DNA of 60,289 bases from Spirogloea muscicola (taxonomy: Eukaryota): NCBI GenBank assembly GCA_009602725.1, contig WELB01000009.1, positions 1,324,548 through 1,384,836 on the forward strand. Reading direction: 5' to 3'. The notes beneath the pieces are model-generated. The model was not told the origin of the DNA and did not search any database. It saw only the letters and a program-made list of their open reading frames with translations. Shown here piece by piece: positions 35,191 through 47,601 of this stretch; the first letter of the stretch is position 1; each line of letters starts with the position of its first letter. The position numbers and the translations under genes were made by a program.

Positions 35191-36899
35191 TCTCCTGACG
35201 GACACCTGGGAGAATGTGTGAGACATCTCTCCCGCCACCTCATCGGTTGTTTGCTTGATGCTGTAACATATTAAGGAGGCGAATGACAGGGTTCAGCAGA
35301 TTGCATGCTCTAGTGGCATTCAATGCTGAGGGCGTGTGCTGGCGTGTGCTGGCGTGCTTTGGCCTCCCTCTCATTTTCATGCGCACCGCGCGCCTCTCTT
35401 CCTTTGCCACATCCGGTCCTTTCGGACCTGTTAATTCCTGTCAAATATTAGGCTGGCCTCCACAGCCATTGCCATACACCTACAGAGTTACTTCTTTCGG
35501 GCTGGCCTTCCACAGCCGCCGCCTCCTTAGAGCTGCTGATTCTTCTTCTTGAAGAGCTCTTTCTTGTATGTAATAGCCACTGTACTACTGAGTGGGCATT
35601 TTTCATGTTTGTGCTTCCTCGTAGACATCGTCTAGACCATTGGCTGCCTTACACAGCCACCTCCGCTTCTCAGTAGAGCTTGTTCCTCATCTCTCCAGAG
35701 CACCAGCTTGGGCTGCTTCATGGACGTGCCAGGTTATCTGTGCCGCGCATGAGGTGGAGAACACGCCCAAAGCCAGGAGCCCAGATTGATGCGGTGCCGC
35801 TCAGGCGCCCTCCCCCAACCAGGCTGTGCAGGCCGCCGTGGCAGCTGACTGCTTGGCCGCCGGTTGCAGAAAGGCAATTGCTCTTGATCAGAGGAGGGAC
35901 AGTGTCCTGATCAGGGGTGTCATTGCAAAGGATGGACTTGGCATATATGGCTGCCCCAACAAGAAAGGACAAAGCATCAGCAAGACAAATGGCCATTCAT
36001 TGACCAGGACCCACTGAGCCCCCCTCAGACCTTTGACCGCTTCATCGCTGTGTCGTCATTGGATGCATCGTGGCCAATGTGCACTCCTGTGATCTTATAA
36101 TGTTTGCTGTTGCAGTTCACCAGTGTGCTGGGTCGTGCATTAGCCCAGGCTAGTGGCTTCCGTGGTGGTGGTTTGGCTCCTCAGTATAGCTTGTCAAATA
36201 TGCATATGCTCAATCGGGGATATTAGTGTGCCCCCTAGCCAGCTCATTACCCAGTTAACAGGACAATCAAAAGGCTAGAATAGGCCTCCCTTTCAATTTC
36301 ATGCGCACCGCGCCTTCTCTTTGTTGCAGTGAAGCGATTGTTGCTCTAATCAGGTGCAGGGCAGCCAGCACAGTACCACAACTGCAAGATCGTGACGGAT
36401 GACTTGGCAGGTTCACAAGACAGCTCTGCTTCCCAGCTTTGATTCTGAACGAAAAGCTGTGTGCAGAGCACTTCAGCGACTAGCGGTGCTGTTATGTACA
36501 TCGCTGCATTTTACTTAAAGGGGTGCTACACCACCATCATGAGGTAGGACCTATGTTTGTCTCATTGTCCCTTCTGCAAGCTCCGCGCTTAACTGTCAAT
36601 CGTGGAGCTCATAATTGCTAAGGCCACCGAGCTGCACACGGCTAGGAGAGCTCCAGAAGTTGCCCAGGCCCAAACTTAAGATGCGGCATGGCTGCGCCGT
36701 CTGCGCGCTCTAATCTACCGGCTGGACTCCGGTCAAAAGCAAGAGGAACCCACTCTGTCATCGGGGAGGGCAATAGCGTCAATTCGAGAATGCAGGCACG
36801 ACCCCATTGAGGACCAGGCTCACGGTCACATTGAAGCTACAAGAAATCATCATTTCATGCTTTTAGCACTGTAGATCTAGTGTTTGAAGTCAAGCTCAT

Positions 36900-37650
36900 C
36901 CACAACTCCGACAAGGCAGAGCCCTTACGAAGGGGGCAGTCTGTGAAATGCAAGCACAAGAAGAACTGACAAAGTCTAGGCAATCCAGATATTATCAGCC
37001 CTTGTAAGGCGATGGCTGTAAGAGGCCAGCCAAAAAAGAATGAATGAGGTTCAAAAGGGCCGGCGGGCACAAAATGACGAATATTGAAATCCGGTTACTT
37101 TTGCCATTTGGACGCTTGATAACCTCTGGCTAGAATGCAGATCCGGGTACAGTGGGCGTAAAAGCGTTGCCCTGTCGGAACCGGAGGCAGCAGCCAAGAC
37201 GCCGCCTGCCTGCAAATGCACAGCAAATGCCAAGGAAACGCTGCAGGGAGATGGCAAGGCGCATTCTGTATACCTGAGAGAGCGAGTATAGGTGTGTGTG
37301 TGGCTGCTCGCTCTGCTGCCCTTAATGGCCGGTTACAGCACACCGCGCTGAAGTAGGTCGTGCCAGCGAGTACTAGATGCCCCGTGGACGTTGAGTGCAA
37401 GCGCGACAAAGTCGTGGACAGCGGGGCGAAATACGCCAGTCATTCATCAAAGCAAAATTGGCCACCACGGCCGCTAGCGGCTGAGTAGCCCCTAGCCAAC
37501 AGCCGCTCGTCGGCGTGACCAGCAGGAAGAATGCGGCTGCTGATATTAAAGAATCCGCTGTAAACTGCCAGCCAGATGTATACAGGTGTTCATGACGGAG
37601 CCAAAGGCTAGGCAGACAGGGCGCCCTCAATACCCTCGTGTCAGCAGTAA
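36900..37650 (-). mobile_element. Decayed CRE-like 3' fragments (~36900-37250 and 37520-37650)
   Basis: VSLAFAVHLQAGGVLAAASGS..; 37520-37650 matches the LTRGY* + UTR subfamily seen at 49650-49780 and 57895-58030. Confidence 0.75.
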
Positions 37651-37848
37651 GCAGGAATAAGGGGCACGCCGCATCTTCCGCTGGCCCCCGCTGCGCGCCT
37701 GGCGGGCCTCAACCATGGCTGCAGCGGGAGTGGCAAAGGTGGCGGAGGTGGCGAACCTAAACGAACAGCGGTGCGCTAGCCCGACGAAGGTCGGGTGGCG
37801 GGCTCAGTCACTCCCCCAAATCCGAAGCCGTGCGATGTGAAATCAACG

Positions 37849-37921
37849 GCCGGCCTAGCTCAGTCGGTAGAGCGCAAGGCTCTTAACCTTGTGGTCGGGG
37901 GTTCGTGACCCCCGGCCGGCG
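37849..37921 (+). tRNA. tRNA-Lys(CTT), T-loop variant (possible pseudogene)
   Basis: 73 nt. Acceptor stem GCCGGCC/GGCCGGC, D arm TAGCTCAGTCGGTAGAGC, anticodon arm CAAGG-CTCTTAA-CCTTG, T arm GGGGG-TTCGTGA-CCCCC; CAA just upstream. Confidence 0.88.
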
Positions 37922-37940
37922 ATAGACCGCTGCTCGTTTG

Positions 37941-38965
37941 CCAGGAGCCTAGCATTCTGATCTGCGGCTGCTTAGCAGGGGTTACTGAGTGATTCGTAGC
38001 TGCTTTGTTTCTTTCTGTGCTTGTTTTTCTTAGCGCCATCCCTGGCCCCCTTCTCATACTCTGTTCATTGTTTTTTTGGGCTGGCTTTTCCAGCCCCAAA
38101 AAAGAATGGACAATGTTCAAAGCCAAAGAAAGAAGTGCCGAAAAAAGAAGATGAGCTCGCCCATAGAAGAGAGGGGCTGGCAGAAGCCAGCCAAAAAAGA
38201 ATGGACTAAATCCAAAAGAAGGGAAACACACTAGCTAGGCATCGAGACAACTAGACATGACGGAACCACACGAAGTTCAAAACCCGCGGGTGAGCAACAT
38301 CAGGTCAGAGTAGCTCGAAGGAAAAAGGACTACACTACAAAGTGCAAGACGGTGCAGAGGGAGATGCAGAAACAAAGCTGCTACGAGACACTCAGTAACC
38401 CCTGCTAAGCAGCCGCAGATCAGAGATGCTGGGCTCCTGGAAGTGGGTCCCCTGGCCAGAGCCAGAGGCAGCAGCGAGGGCTCTGCCGGCACGAAGGTGC
38501 AGCGCCCGGGCCATGGACCTCTGCAGCGAGACGGCCAGGCGNNNNNNNNNNNNNNNNNNNNNNNNNNNNNNNNNNNNNNNNNNNNNNNNNNNNNNNNNNN
38601 NNNNNNNNNNNNNNNNNNNNNNNNNNNNNNNNNNNNNNNNNNNNNNNNNNNNNNNNNNNNNNNNNNNNNNNNNNNNNNNNNNNNNNNNNNNNNNNNNNNN
38701 NNNNNNNNNNNNNNNNNNNNNNNNNNNNNNNNNNNNNNNNNNNNNNNNNNNNNNNNNNNNNNNNNNNNNNNNNNNNNNNNNNNNNNNNNNNNAAGAAGAT
38801 GAGCTCGCCCATAGAAGAGAGGGGCTGGCAGAAGCCAGCCAAAAAAGAATGGACAATATCCAAAGAGCTCCAACACTAGCTAGGCATCTAGACAACTAGA
38901 CATGACGGAACCACACGAAGTTCAATACCCGCGGGTGAGCAACATCAGGTCAGAGTAGCTCGAGG
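37941..38965. mobile_element. CRE-like 3' fragments: plus copy 37941-~38096 fused tail-to-tail with minus copies
   Basis: DLRLLSRGY* + UTR on the plus strand; minus-strand RLAVSLQRSMARAL..LSRGY* nearly identical to 15680-15848; ~170-bp unit repeated on both sides of the gap. Confidence 0.85.
38542..38792. other. Assembly gap
   Basis: Run of N. Confidence 0.98.
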
Positions 38966-41489
38966 CTGGAAAAGATGCAGCCGGGCGAGACCCGGAAAGT
39001 GCTCGCCCACAGGAATGGGGCCAGGGCGGGCCGTGGAGAAGTCGCGCCCGGCCACAGTCGCCCCCCTCCCTCCCTCCTCCTTCCCTCCTCCCTTCCTCTT
39101 CTGGTCGGGGACTCGGGCCCCTGGCAAAGCAGCCTTACCGCCTTCCCCCGCGCCCGCCGCGCTCGCGGCGCCCCTCGGCTCGCCTCCGCAGTCCCTCCAC
39201 CCTCTTCCGTTCGCTCTTCTCGGCTGGCTGGCTCTGGCAGCCGCTGTTCTGACATCAGCAGCCGCATTCTCCTCCGAACTGCGAGCCGTGCATTGCCTCG
39301 GCTCGGCCTCACTCCCCGCCCCAAAGCCTTGCTCTTCGTCCCCCGCTGGCGCGCGTGTTTCTTATTTGACATGTTCTGGACGATCCTCGGCGTCAACCTC
39401 CTTCTCCCGGTATGGCCTCTCGAGCACTTGGGCGTCTGAACGTGCCCTGCACCTCCACTAACTGCCCGTATCTCCACTGGTCGTTGCCGACTTCGCTTTA
39501 CCCTCCAATTGCCGTGACTTGACTTTCTGATGCACATTTGTTGTTAAGACCAAACGAACTGTGGGCACCCTCCTCCGCATACGAGAGGGCAGACGTTGCA
39601 GTGGTCGAAGAGTGACGACCAGCATTCCGGAGTTCTGACCGTAATACAGCTACATTTATGCAAGTTAAGCCTTTCACTGGAAGATTCTTTCACTCATGTG
39701 CATTGTCTTTCTGTGAATCCTCTGGCAGGTCCTCTGCATAGGCAGGGCAATCCTGAAGGCATGGCGTCTCCGTGGAACTGCCCGAGCGAAAGCCACAGGT
39801 CTTCAAAGTGAGCTCCTGATACTTTTGGAATACAGGGGTGCCATACTAGCAAACACTGCACTGCTGTTGGAGCCTGAGGTACTTGAAGTCCTGTCCTCCT
39901 TCTTGAACAGCATCACTGCTGCAAGCTCTCAGTGTACCACCGTGCTCCCATTGACACTTAAATATTGGCCTTGTTGAGCTATCCCGAGCACCCTGGCGCC
40001 CCTGCCTTACAGTGGCGTCCCTTTAGATTTTACGCATTTATCAAGATCTTCCGATATAATTGTCTAGCACTTGTAATGGTTATCTTTCTTCGTTCAGTAT
40101 GCTCCGCCGTAAGTAACCGTCTGTTCCACCTACTCATGGTACAAGAACAGCACAAGATACCTCTGACATGAACAAATCTAGGTGCCAAGGGCTTGCTTGT
40201 GGCAGAGCATCCTTAGGCAGTGCAGCTTGCTCTTGTTGACATGCTCCTCGTGGTTACTGGCTTGCTGGTGGTTGGGCATTGGGCCGATCATGGGACATAT
40301 GGCATGACCTGCTCCACACTATGTTCCTGGCTGCAGGCCTGGGTTCCAAGTCGCCACGCCTTGGTGCATCTGAATGCTGCTAAGCAGGTCCTGCTGAGAT
40401 ATCTCCTGGATCTAATCCTCGTTCTTCAGAACGTCAACAATCGCTGTAGCACTGATCTAAATCCTGGTAAGATTTCTCTTCCAATAGACACTCTATAGAA
40501 GTCATCTTGAAAATTTCCGGTTAATCAGGAGGTCTGACATCCTGGTGTCAGTTGTGCATTGCTCTCCGAGAATGCCATTCCTACAATGCATGATGCTAGT
40601 CACAGTTCACATTCCGATGTACTGTATGCTTCATGACTCTTCTAGATAGCATCTCCGAGGTGCATCTGGAAGTGATGAGAACTGTTTCAATTTGCAGCTT
40701 GGTGGAGCTCGTCAGTTGTGCCAGCAAGAAAGCCAATACTGCATACAATGAGGACTATCTGATGATCCATCTATCTGATTGGGCACCGCCCTTCTGCTCT
40801 CACTGCTATCAGGTCAAGCATACAGGGTCAATAAGTAGCATCGAGGACCTGACTTCTGCTTTTATATCGAAGGTGGTCAGCTCAAGACCCTGCATACTGC
40901 ACCACGCTTCTCGACTGAGAGCTTGAGAGCTCAGTCACATTTATAGGTCACTGTATGCAGTAACTAGCCTACGGTCCGATAGAAGTATGCCACAGACCTA
41001 GTTGTAGCGCAAGCTAACTGTGCCTTTCCAGAGCACTGCTTCAAGCAGAAGTGGCAAGAGAGTGGCCAAATTTTACTCACCCCCTCTTCTGGCAGCTGAA
41101 GTTGCTGATGCAGCTTCTGCTGCTGCAGCAAAGCCTATGTCAAGGACATTAAATAAGCATGGGCACCTCATCGAGAGCCTGCCCAAGCAGCTCATTCAAC
41201 TCAGTGTGGGCTTGGACTAAGTCTTGCTTTGTCAGTTGTAACGTTTCGTCAGCCATGCAGCCTCATCTCATTGACATCTGCCCCAGGCTTGTTGACCAGA
41301 TTTGAAAGCCATAGCGGGAGTGTGTCAATCGGCACGTGTCGTGGCAGTGCAAGCCTTGCGTTCATGCAGTGGTGGTGGCGATAACGACGTGGAGGCAGTC
41401 CGTGTGCGGGTGCCTCCAGGAAGACACCATCATGGGTTTGCAAAGAAAGTGGTGTACTGCCCCTCCCCTCGCACCTCCCCTCTCCTCCG

Positions 41490-41715
41490 GGTTGTGTATC
41501 AGCCTACTTGCAGCGAGGTCAGGCTTGCGCTTTGCACCTGAGAGCTGGGCGGCATCCAAGTGGTCGCAGAAGGGCTTCAAAGTAGCCGTCCAATATTCGG
41601 ACGTCGATTAGCGACTTCTACTTGCGGAGCCGTGGTTACTGAGCGGGTCGGCTAAGCAGCAAGTAATGTGTATCTGTAGATGTGCTTGTCTTCGTACTTG
41701 GGTAACTTAGGCCCT
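41490..41715 (-). repeat. Copy of the unidentified degenerate dispersed repeat
   Basis: ccgtggttactga..gatgt.cttg.cttc..gtacttgg and AQLSGAK segments match the reverse complement of 50040-50260. Confidence 0.6.
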
Positions 41716-41949
41716 CCATCACTTTATACACGTCTTCTTCCCCGTGCGCACCGGTGCATGTGCACAGCCAACTTTCGCCCCTGCTCTCCAATCTTAGCTG
41801 CAGGGAAGGAGCGCGCAGCATCTCCAGCCAGCCGAGGCGGCGCGCCTCGCGGGCGCCATCCAAGGGCCCAGCGGAGGATGACACGGATGCTCTCCAGTAG
41901 CAAGCAGCTTCTTCAAATGATGAACTGTGCAAGGAGAGGGTTGGGGGAG

Positions 41950-42530
41950 AAAGAGAGAAGTGCGCGCCCATAGAGAGTAGGGGCTGGGAAAGGAGGGCTT
42001 CTTCTGCTGACTCGGGGTTAGTAAGCTCCCATCCGCTGCAGCTACTTCTGCCTAGCTGTGTGATTTAAGAGCTCTTTCAAAGGGGGCGAGGGCTATGAAA
42101 AGCCAGCCCCAGAAGGAATGGACAAGGTCTAAGAGGAAACAGCTCTTCCAATGTAAGGCAATGGCTGTCAGAGGCCAAGCCCGAAGGGCCGAAAGAAGAA
42201 GCAAAACTCTGTTAGGGGAGGGCGATTGCTGTGGTTGGCCAGCCCAGAAAGAGGAATGAACAAAGGTTGAAGGGGCCAGAGAAGCGCTAAAGCACACAGC
42301 AATCCAAGTGGCCACTGGGTGCTCAAAATCCCCTGTTGAACAGCCGCAAAGGCGCTGAAGGCACACAGCTTTTAGGAGAGCGCCTTTCTTTCAAGAAGCA
42401 GCCACTCCCAGATGTGGAAAAAGCTTGCATAGCTGTGTGGTGGTGGCGCTTTTCGGCCCTTTGGACCTTGTTCATCCCTTTTGGGCTGGCGTTACCCAGC
42501 CACTGCCTTCTATTGGAAGAGCTGTTTTCC
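41950..42530. mobile_element. Cluster of CRE-like 3' UTR fragments
   Basis: Several GGCTG..CAGCC hairpin UTRs with CT tails, mostly minus strand; a plus copy at ~42430-42530. Confidence 0.75.
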
Positions 42531-44205
42531 TAAGGCCAGCCCATGGACGAGCTCGAGGCCCTCTGTACTGGCTCGCCACGGGCGGGCGCGTCCGCCGCCT
42601 CCCCCAGGTGCCGCCACCCCATCCCAGCAGCGCCTGGCCTCCAGAAAGCTGCTGGGAAGCTGCAGAGAAGCGAGGAGGGGGGGAGGAAGAGAAAACGGCC
42701 CGCATTCCGGCGCCTCCCCCTACGGCTCGTCATCTGTCAATCACATGCGAGATACTATCAGTGGACATTGCTGAAGGCGATGAATTGACATTGCATAGAG
42801 TTACAAGCACCTGGCAACTAGCTCTTCTAATGCATCAGTAGGTGGTGGGACGTGCTAGGCTGCTATCTACGCACCAATCACCGAGCAGCCTTACCTTCGG
42901 TAGGTCCGGCACCGCAAGCTCTTCTCTGTGTGCAACACATGCATTAAGTTGCAGTGGCGTGAGGTTGCAGGTGCTGTTGTAGTGGGATTGGAGATACCAG
43001 GGGCCAGCATATGCTGGTTGGCTATGCACAAGAACATAGTCAAGTCCATGTATTGTTGCATGCTCACCTGCACATTATGTATGCAGATTGCTCCACGGGT
43101 TCGCTCCATGTAACTGCTTGGACCTCGCTACACTTTCAAAGCAGAAGCAGCAGAACCCCAGCAATCTCTGGCCAGACTCCTTTCAGCCGAAGAGGCTGCT
43201 CTTAAGACCTGGATGTTTGGTGCGAGCTGTCTGCTCTGCTTACAGTAGCTGAAAGAATGTAAATGTGAGCACATGTGAACATGTGTATGTTGGGCTGCAG
43301 GTCTGGACGGCGTAGCGACGGATGGCGTGGGCCTTCTTTTCTGGTTGCCCTGTCGCATGCTGGGCCTCGTATGCCGCGAGGTGACCGACGTTTGTTCTCT
43401 AGTAGGCTTTCCCAGCTACCAGTCAATCTGGCCGCGCTTTCTTCTTGCTGGGTACCTGGAGTTTTGCGGGACTTCCAGCTGGGTGCACACTAGGTCGTGG
43501 CGAAGCCGTCAGAGCGTGGCGGCGGCGGGCCGCCACCGCCACCGCCTATTACCACCACCCGCCCCCCCACCGTCAGTCAGTCAGGAAGGCCCACCTAGAG
43601 GCCTGTGAGATGAGTGCAGAACAAGGTCTGCGCAGCCTTCCATACGGGCAGCAAGGAGGGGAGTTGCTGGAGGCTTCTTGACGAGGGTGCCGCCACAGGA
43701 CGGAGGCAGCTGAGAAGGCAGTGCAAAAGGGCTGACCTTCACGTCCCCCTCGACTGCCACTGGTTTTCTTATGCAGCTGGCTAGGCTGGCGCACCTTCTC
43801 TTGCTTGGTGTGTGCTGGCCAACATGTGGAGCTCGAGTAGCGAAGGGGCAAGCAGACGCCTCGATGTTGCCTTCAACTAACACCTTCTTCACGACTTCTC
43901 TCGAGGCCTCCACTGGCGCCTGACCAAGTGCGGCTGATGAGCCTGAGGGTTCTGAGTACCTAGCGCACTCTTGCAATAAGCAACCCCCTCAGCAAACCAG
44001 CGCAGACTGTAGGTAGAGCTACATCGACTCTGCTGACAAGCTCAACGGAACAACCTCATGGGCCGCTGGTAAGGCTGTCTGCTTGCTTGATTTCAATGGT
44101 TGCCCTATATGACATATCAATCTGCATACACACTGCCTCCACCTTTGGCTCTCAGGCAACTTCATGACACATTTATAACTCACAGAAGCTGCCCTCACTG
44201 TGCAG

Positions 44206-45009
44206 CTCAAGTTGGGGAGTCAGCGGAAGCAGCAAAGCTTACAATGGCACAGATGAATGTTGCGGCCAATGCCATCTCCAGTGCAGCCACTCATGCTGGA
44301 GAGGCAGCGTACTCAGCTCAGGTTGCTTGCGGCCAGGCTGGCAATGCAAGCAATGCCGTAGGAAAACTAGCCAATACAACAGCATCATTGGTGGGAGAGC
44401 TTGGACCAAGGCTTAGCACGACGCTCGACCAAGCATCGTCGACTCTTGCTGCTGTTCAAGATTCTGCCAACCGGATTACGCCACAGGCAGCCTCAGCTCT
44501 GAAGACGGTCCAAAAGTCCGTCCAGACCTTGACGCCCACTGCACAAAGTGCACTGCACTCGTTGAGTGCCACAAGCGAGGCAGTGGGACAGAACATTCCA
44601 GCTTTGATGCAAAGCTATCTGGACATTGGTCTGGCATGCCTGCTTTTGCTTGTTGACTTAAGTACTGCTTGCTGCAGCACCGGCAAGCTTCATCTGACAC
44701 ACAGGCTTGCTCATACCAGGCACAAACTGCTGTTTGAAGCAACGGAAAGTCATCAATCTCACAACCTGTATGGTCCTAGCCTTGGACAATATTTATCTCC
44801 GCTTTTTGAGTGTTCTTTGACTGATTGCAATGTTTCTCTTTAGGCTGCAGCTGTAGCAACCGTTGCAGGCGCTGCAGCTCTGGCCAGTACAGCTCAGAGT
44901 TTGAAAACAATTGCTGTGAACGTCACAAAATTGGTTGCTATGAAAGAGGCCAGCCTGGTCTTCCGAGGAGCTGATAGAATTCCCAAAAAAGCAGGCAGTT
45001 CCCTCAAGG
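44206..45009 (+). CDS. Partial gene for an Ala/Ser/Thr-rich helical protein of unknown function
   Basis: Biased open stretch QVGESAEAAKLTMAQM..GQNIPALMQSYLDI bounded by AG/GT, followed by a similar exon-like stretch from 44844. No start codon or domain identified. Confidence 0.35.
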
Positions 45010-47601
45010 TTTCAAGGATGATCAGCATGGTGCATTTATCCCTGCCACTGAAGGTGTATACTTAATTTGCTGCGACGACTTCATCGTAAAAATGCAAGAG
45101 CGTCACTTGACAAGGTAAGGTGAAACATCCCAAGAATGGCGCATTGCCACTTCACTGAATGTGATCTCAACCATTTGTGCTGTACTTTCAACACAGTGCT
45201 TCACCCAGCAGTCCTGGCTCGGTTCTCCACTCTTTGCAGTAATAGAGTCTAGCTGACATTCCAAGACATGCTTCAGTGACGCTTTCGTCGTCAGGCTGGG
45301 CCGTGGAGACATTGAAGATATGAATGAAAAGGTCTTATATGCTGCAGGACACCAAGGCATGCAGTAGAGAAGGTCAAGGCAATGCGCAAAAGTGGTGCTG
45401 CTAAAAGGCATGGAGTTTTTCTACCATCGCAACAGCATGAGTTTTACCTGTGATGAAGACACTATTGAGATGCCAGAAGGAATGGGTCGCTTTTTCATGT
45501 GTAGCAGCACTGACTTGCCTTACCTCCACAGCCTTACCTCCAGTTGAAGGGGGTATTCTGTGACGTGGACAGGTCTGGTGCACCAATGGGGAAAACCATG
45601 AATCTAGGATGGCAGCCTCAACATGTTGCATTGGAGGTAGTCTTACAACTTGCTTACCTTGGTTGCAGTGCCCATACACGCAGGTTCAGCAGTTCGGATC
45701 AGGTGTACATGTGAGTCTGCTCGTCCCAAGAACGTAGAGATGAAGAAAGCTGACCTCCTCAAGGAACATAGCTCGACCTGACCAGTCCAACAACTGTTTG
45801 ACATACTCTTGTGATGGGAGCATTGTGGTCTGCAGCTGGAGGCGTACTTGGAGAGGTGCCTCGCAAGCAGTTTCTATGAAGTTGTTGGGCACAGGGTTGG
45901 CCAAGCTTGCCCCAGATCCTACCATGTCGGTGTACTTCCAGGATTTGGCATTGTAATAACAACCACAACTGTGTTGGGACTCACTTTCTGGGCGTGCAAG
46001 TAGTACAGCGTGCCAAAAGACAAGCAGGTACAGAGAGGGCTGTTCCATGGCGGCAATCTTTTACCAGTATGCGAAGCAAATTGAATTCAAACTGAGCCAC
46101 GGAGGTCCACATGACTCCGCCTGTCCCCTTAGGCCTTCGCATAGTAGGTGACGTACAATAGTGGCCTGCTCCTGAGAGTTCAAGCTTTTGGCTAGTGAGG
46201 AGGCAGGAGATGAGACTGGCGACTGCGTCAAAGGAAGTGCAAGGAGTTGACTCGGATGAGGCTGCTGCGTTAGTGGAAGATAGGCTGAGAAGCTGAAGAG
46301 GAGGTGGCCAGGTTAGACACGCCACATTTGCGAGAAGCTCTTGCTCTTGCCCATGCTATTTTTCATGAGCCTCTTAGCATGTAGTAATCCATGCGTAGTG
46401 CTGTGAAGCAGGCTGCCATTCCCCAAGAACTCACACAATGAAGGGAGATACGCTCTTCCGTGCTGGCTATCGTTGAGTGCCACCACCCGTTCGCTCGCAT
46501 GGTAATGATAATCTTGCCAGATCCATCCCGCTTCCGCAAGGCACCATATAAAGGACGGGCAGGTCTGAACGCCCAATGAGCACGGCTACGCAAGAAAAGT
46601 TGGAAGGCAACGTGTTGGCTGTACATTCAATGAAGCAACGAAGTCCTTAGGCGTCCGACGGTGGAAGGAAGACCTCAGCCCGATCCCATACTCTCACATT
46701 GTCCCCTGTGCGGCTTTCCTACCCTTTCGGCCTCAAAGTACACTAATTTGTAATCTGCAATAAAATTTCATCAACGGTCTGCCATCACCGGCCTACACCG
46801 ACGGTCTACAGATACCCATCTACCCTGTACTGCCACCATACTTTGATTTGTTGTCAAAACCAATGAAGGCGTCCTTTCTGCACAGTGTCGTCTAGACTAC
46901 TGGCATTGTAAATATACACCTGATGTGCTGCTATCTGTAATACCTGGCAGTTGGCCAAACAATCTTGCTTGGTAGCCTCCACAGCCACAAGCGGGATCAT
47001 GTCGTGGCAGAATTATGTCAGCTACTAGCGCTTGCGGTTCTCAAACACAACTGCTGACTACACAACAAGAAGGCCTATAAACTCAGATGTATTACTTCTT
47101 AAGAATACAAATGCAGAGCTTGCTGGAACTGCTACTCGTCATTGGGTGAAATTAGGTAGCTCAGACCGAATAGCTCATGCGTGAGAAGTGACTTTGACAC
47201 GCTATTAAGCGTGATAACCATTTACTTGCACAAAAAAGTTGGGGGTTGGAAGTGCGATTTATTAATATCAGGTTCGGCAGTTTGAGAGTGTTTCTGAGGC
47301 GCTTCAAAAGTTCCTCAGGAACAATTTTTTAATTGATGAATGCCCCTGCACAGGGAAGCGGATCCTGTGTACACAGTACACAGAAAGTGCAGCCACATCG
47401 TTGAGAAAGTAAATATCTACTGGAAATAGATTACTGCCAAAGCAGAGTCTGGACTTTGGTGGCATCTGAAAACATACAAGGCCTAGTCTTTATATCAGTC
47501 ACCAAGCTAGACTGCACATGCGAAGATCATGCTGACACCACCCTGTATGTCATTGACATCCATGCGTATGATCCTTGAACCTACTGAACCATAGGCTAGC
47601 T

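Noticed and set aside
38145..38965. ~170-bp direct repeat on both sides of the second gap
   Set aside because: It is another CRE-like 3' end and may reflect an overlap artefact at the gap.
38975..43976. Many short overlapping ORFs in GC-rich patches
   Set aside because: No recognisable motifs or consistent exon chain; expected by chance at this GC content.
45103..46626. AHCLDLL resembling a hAT transposase motif
   Set aside because: No correctly spaced DGW/TDNA motifs or terminal inverted repeats were found, and the ORFs are short.
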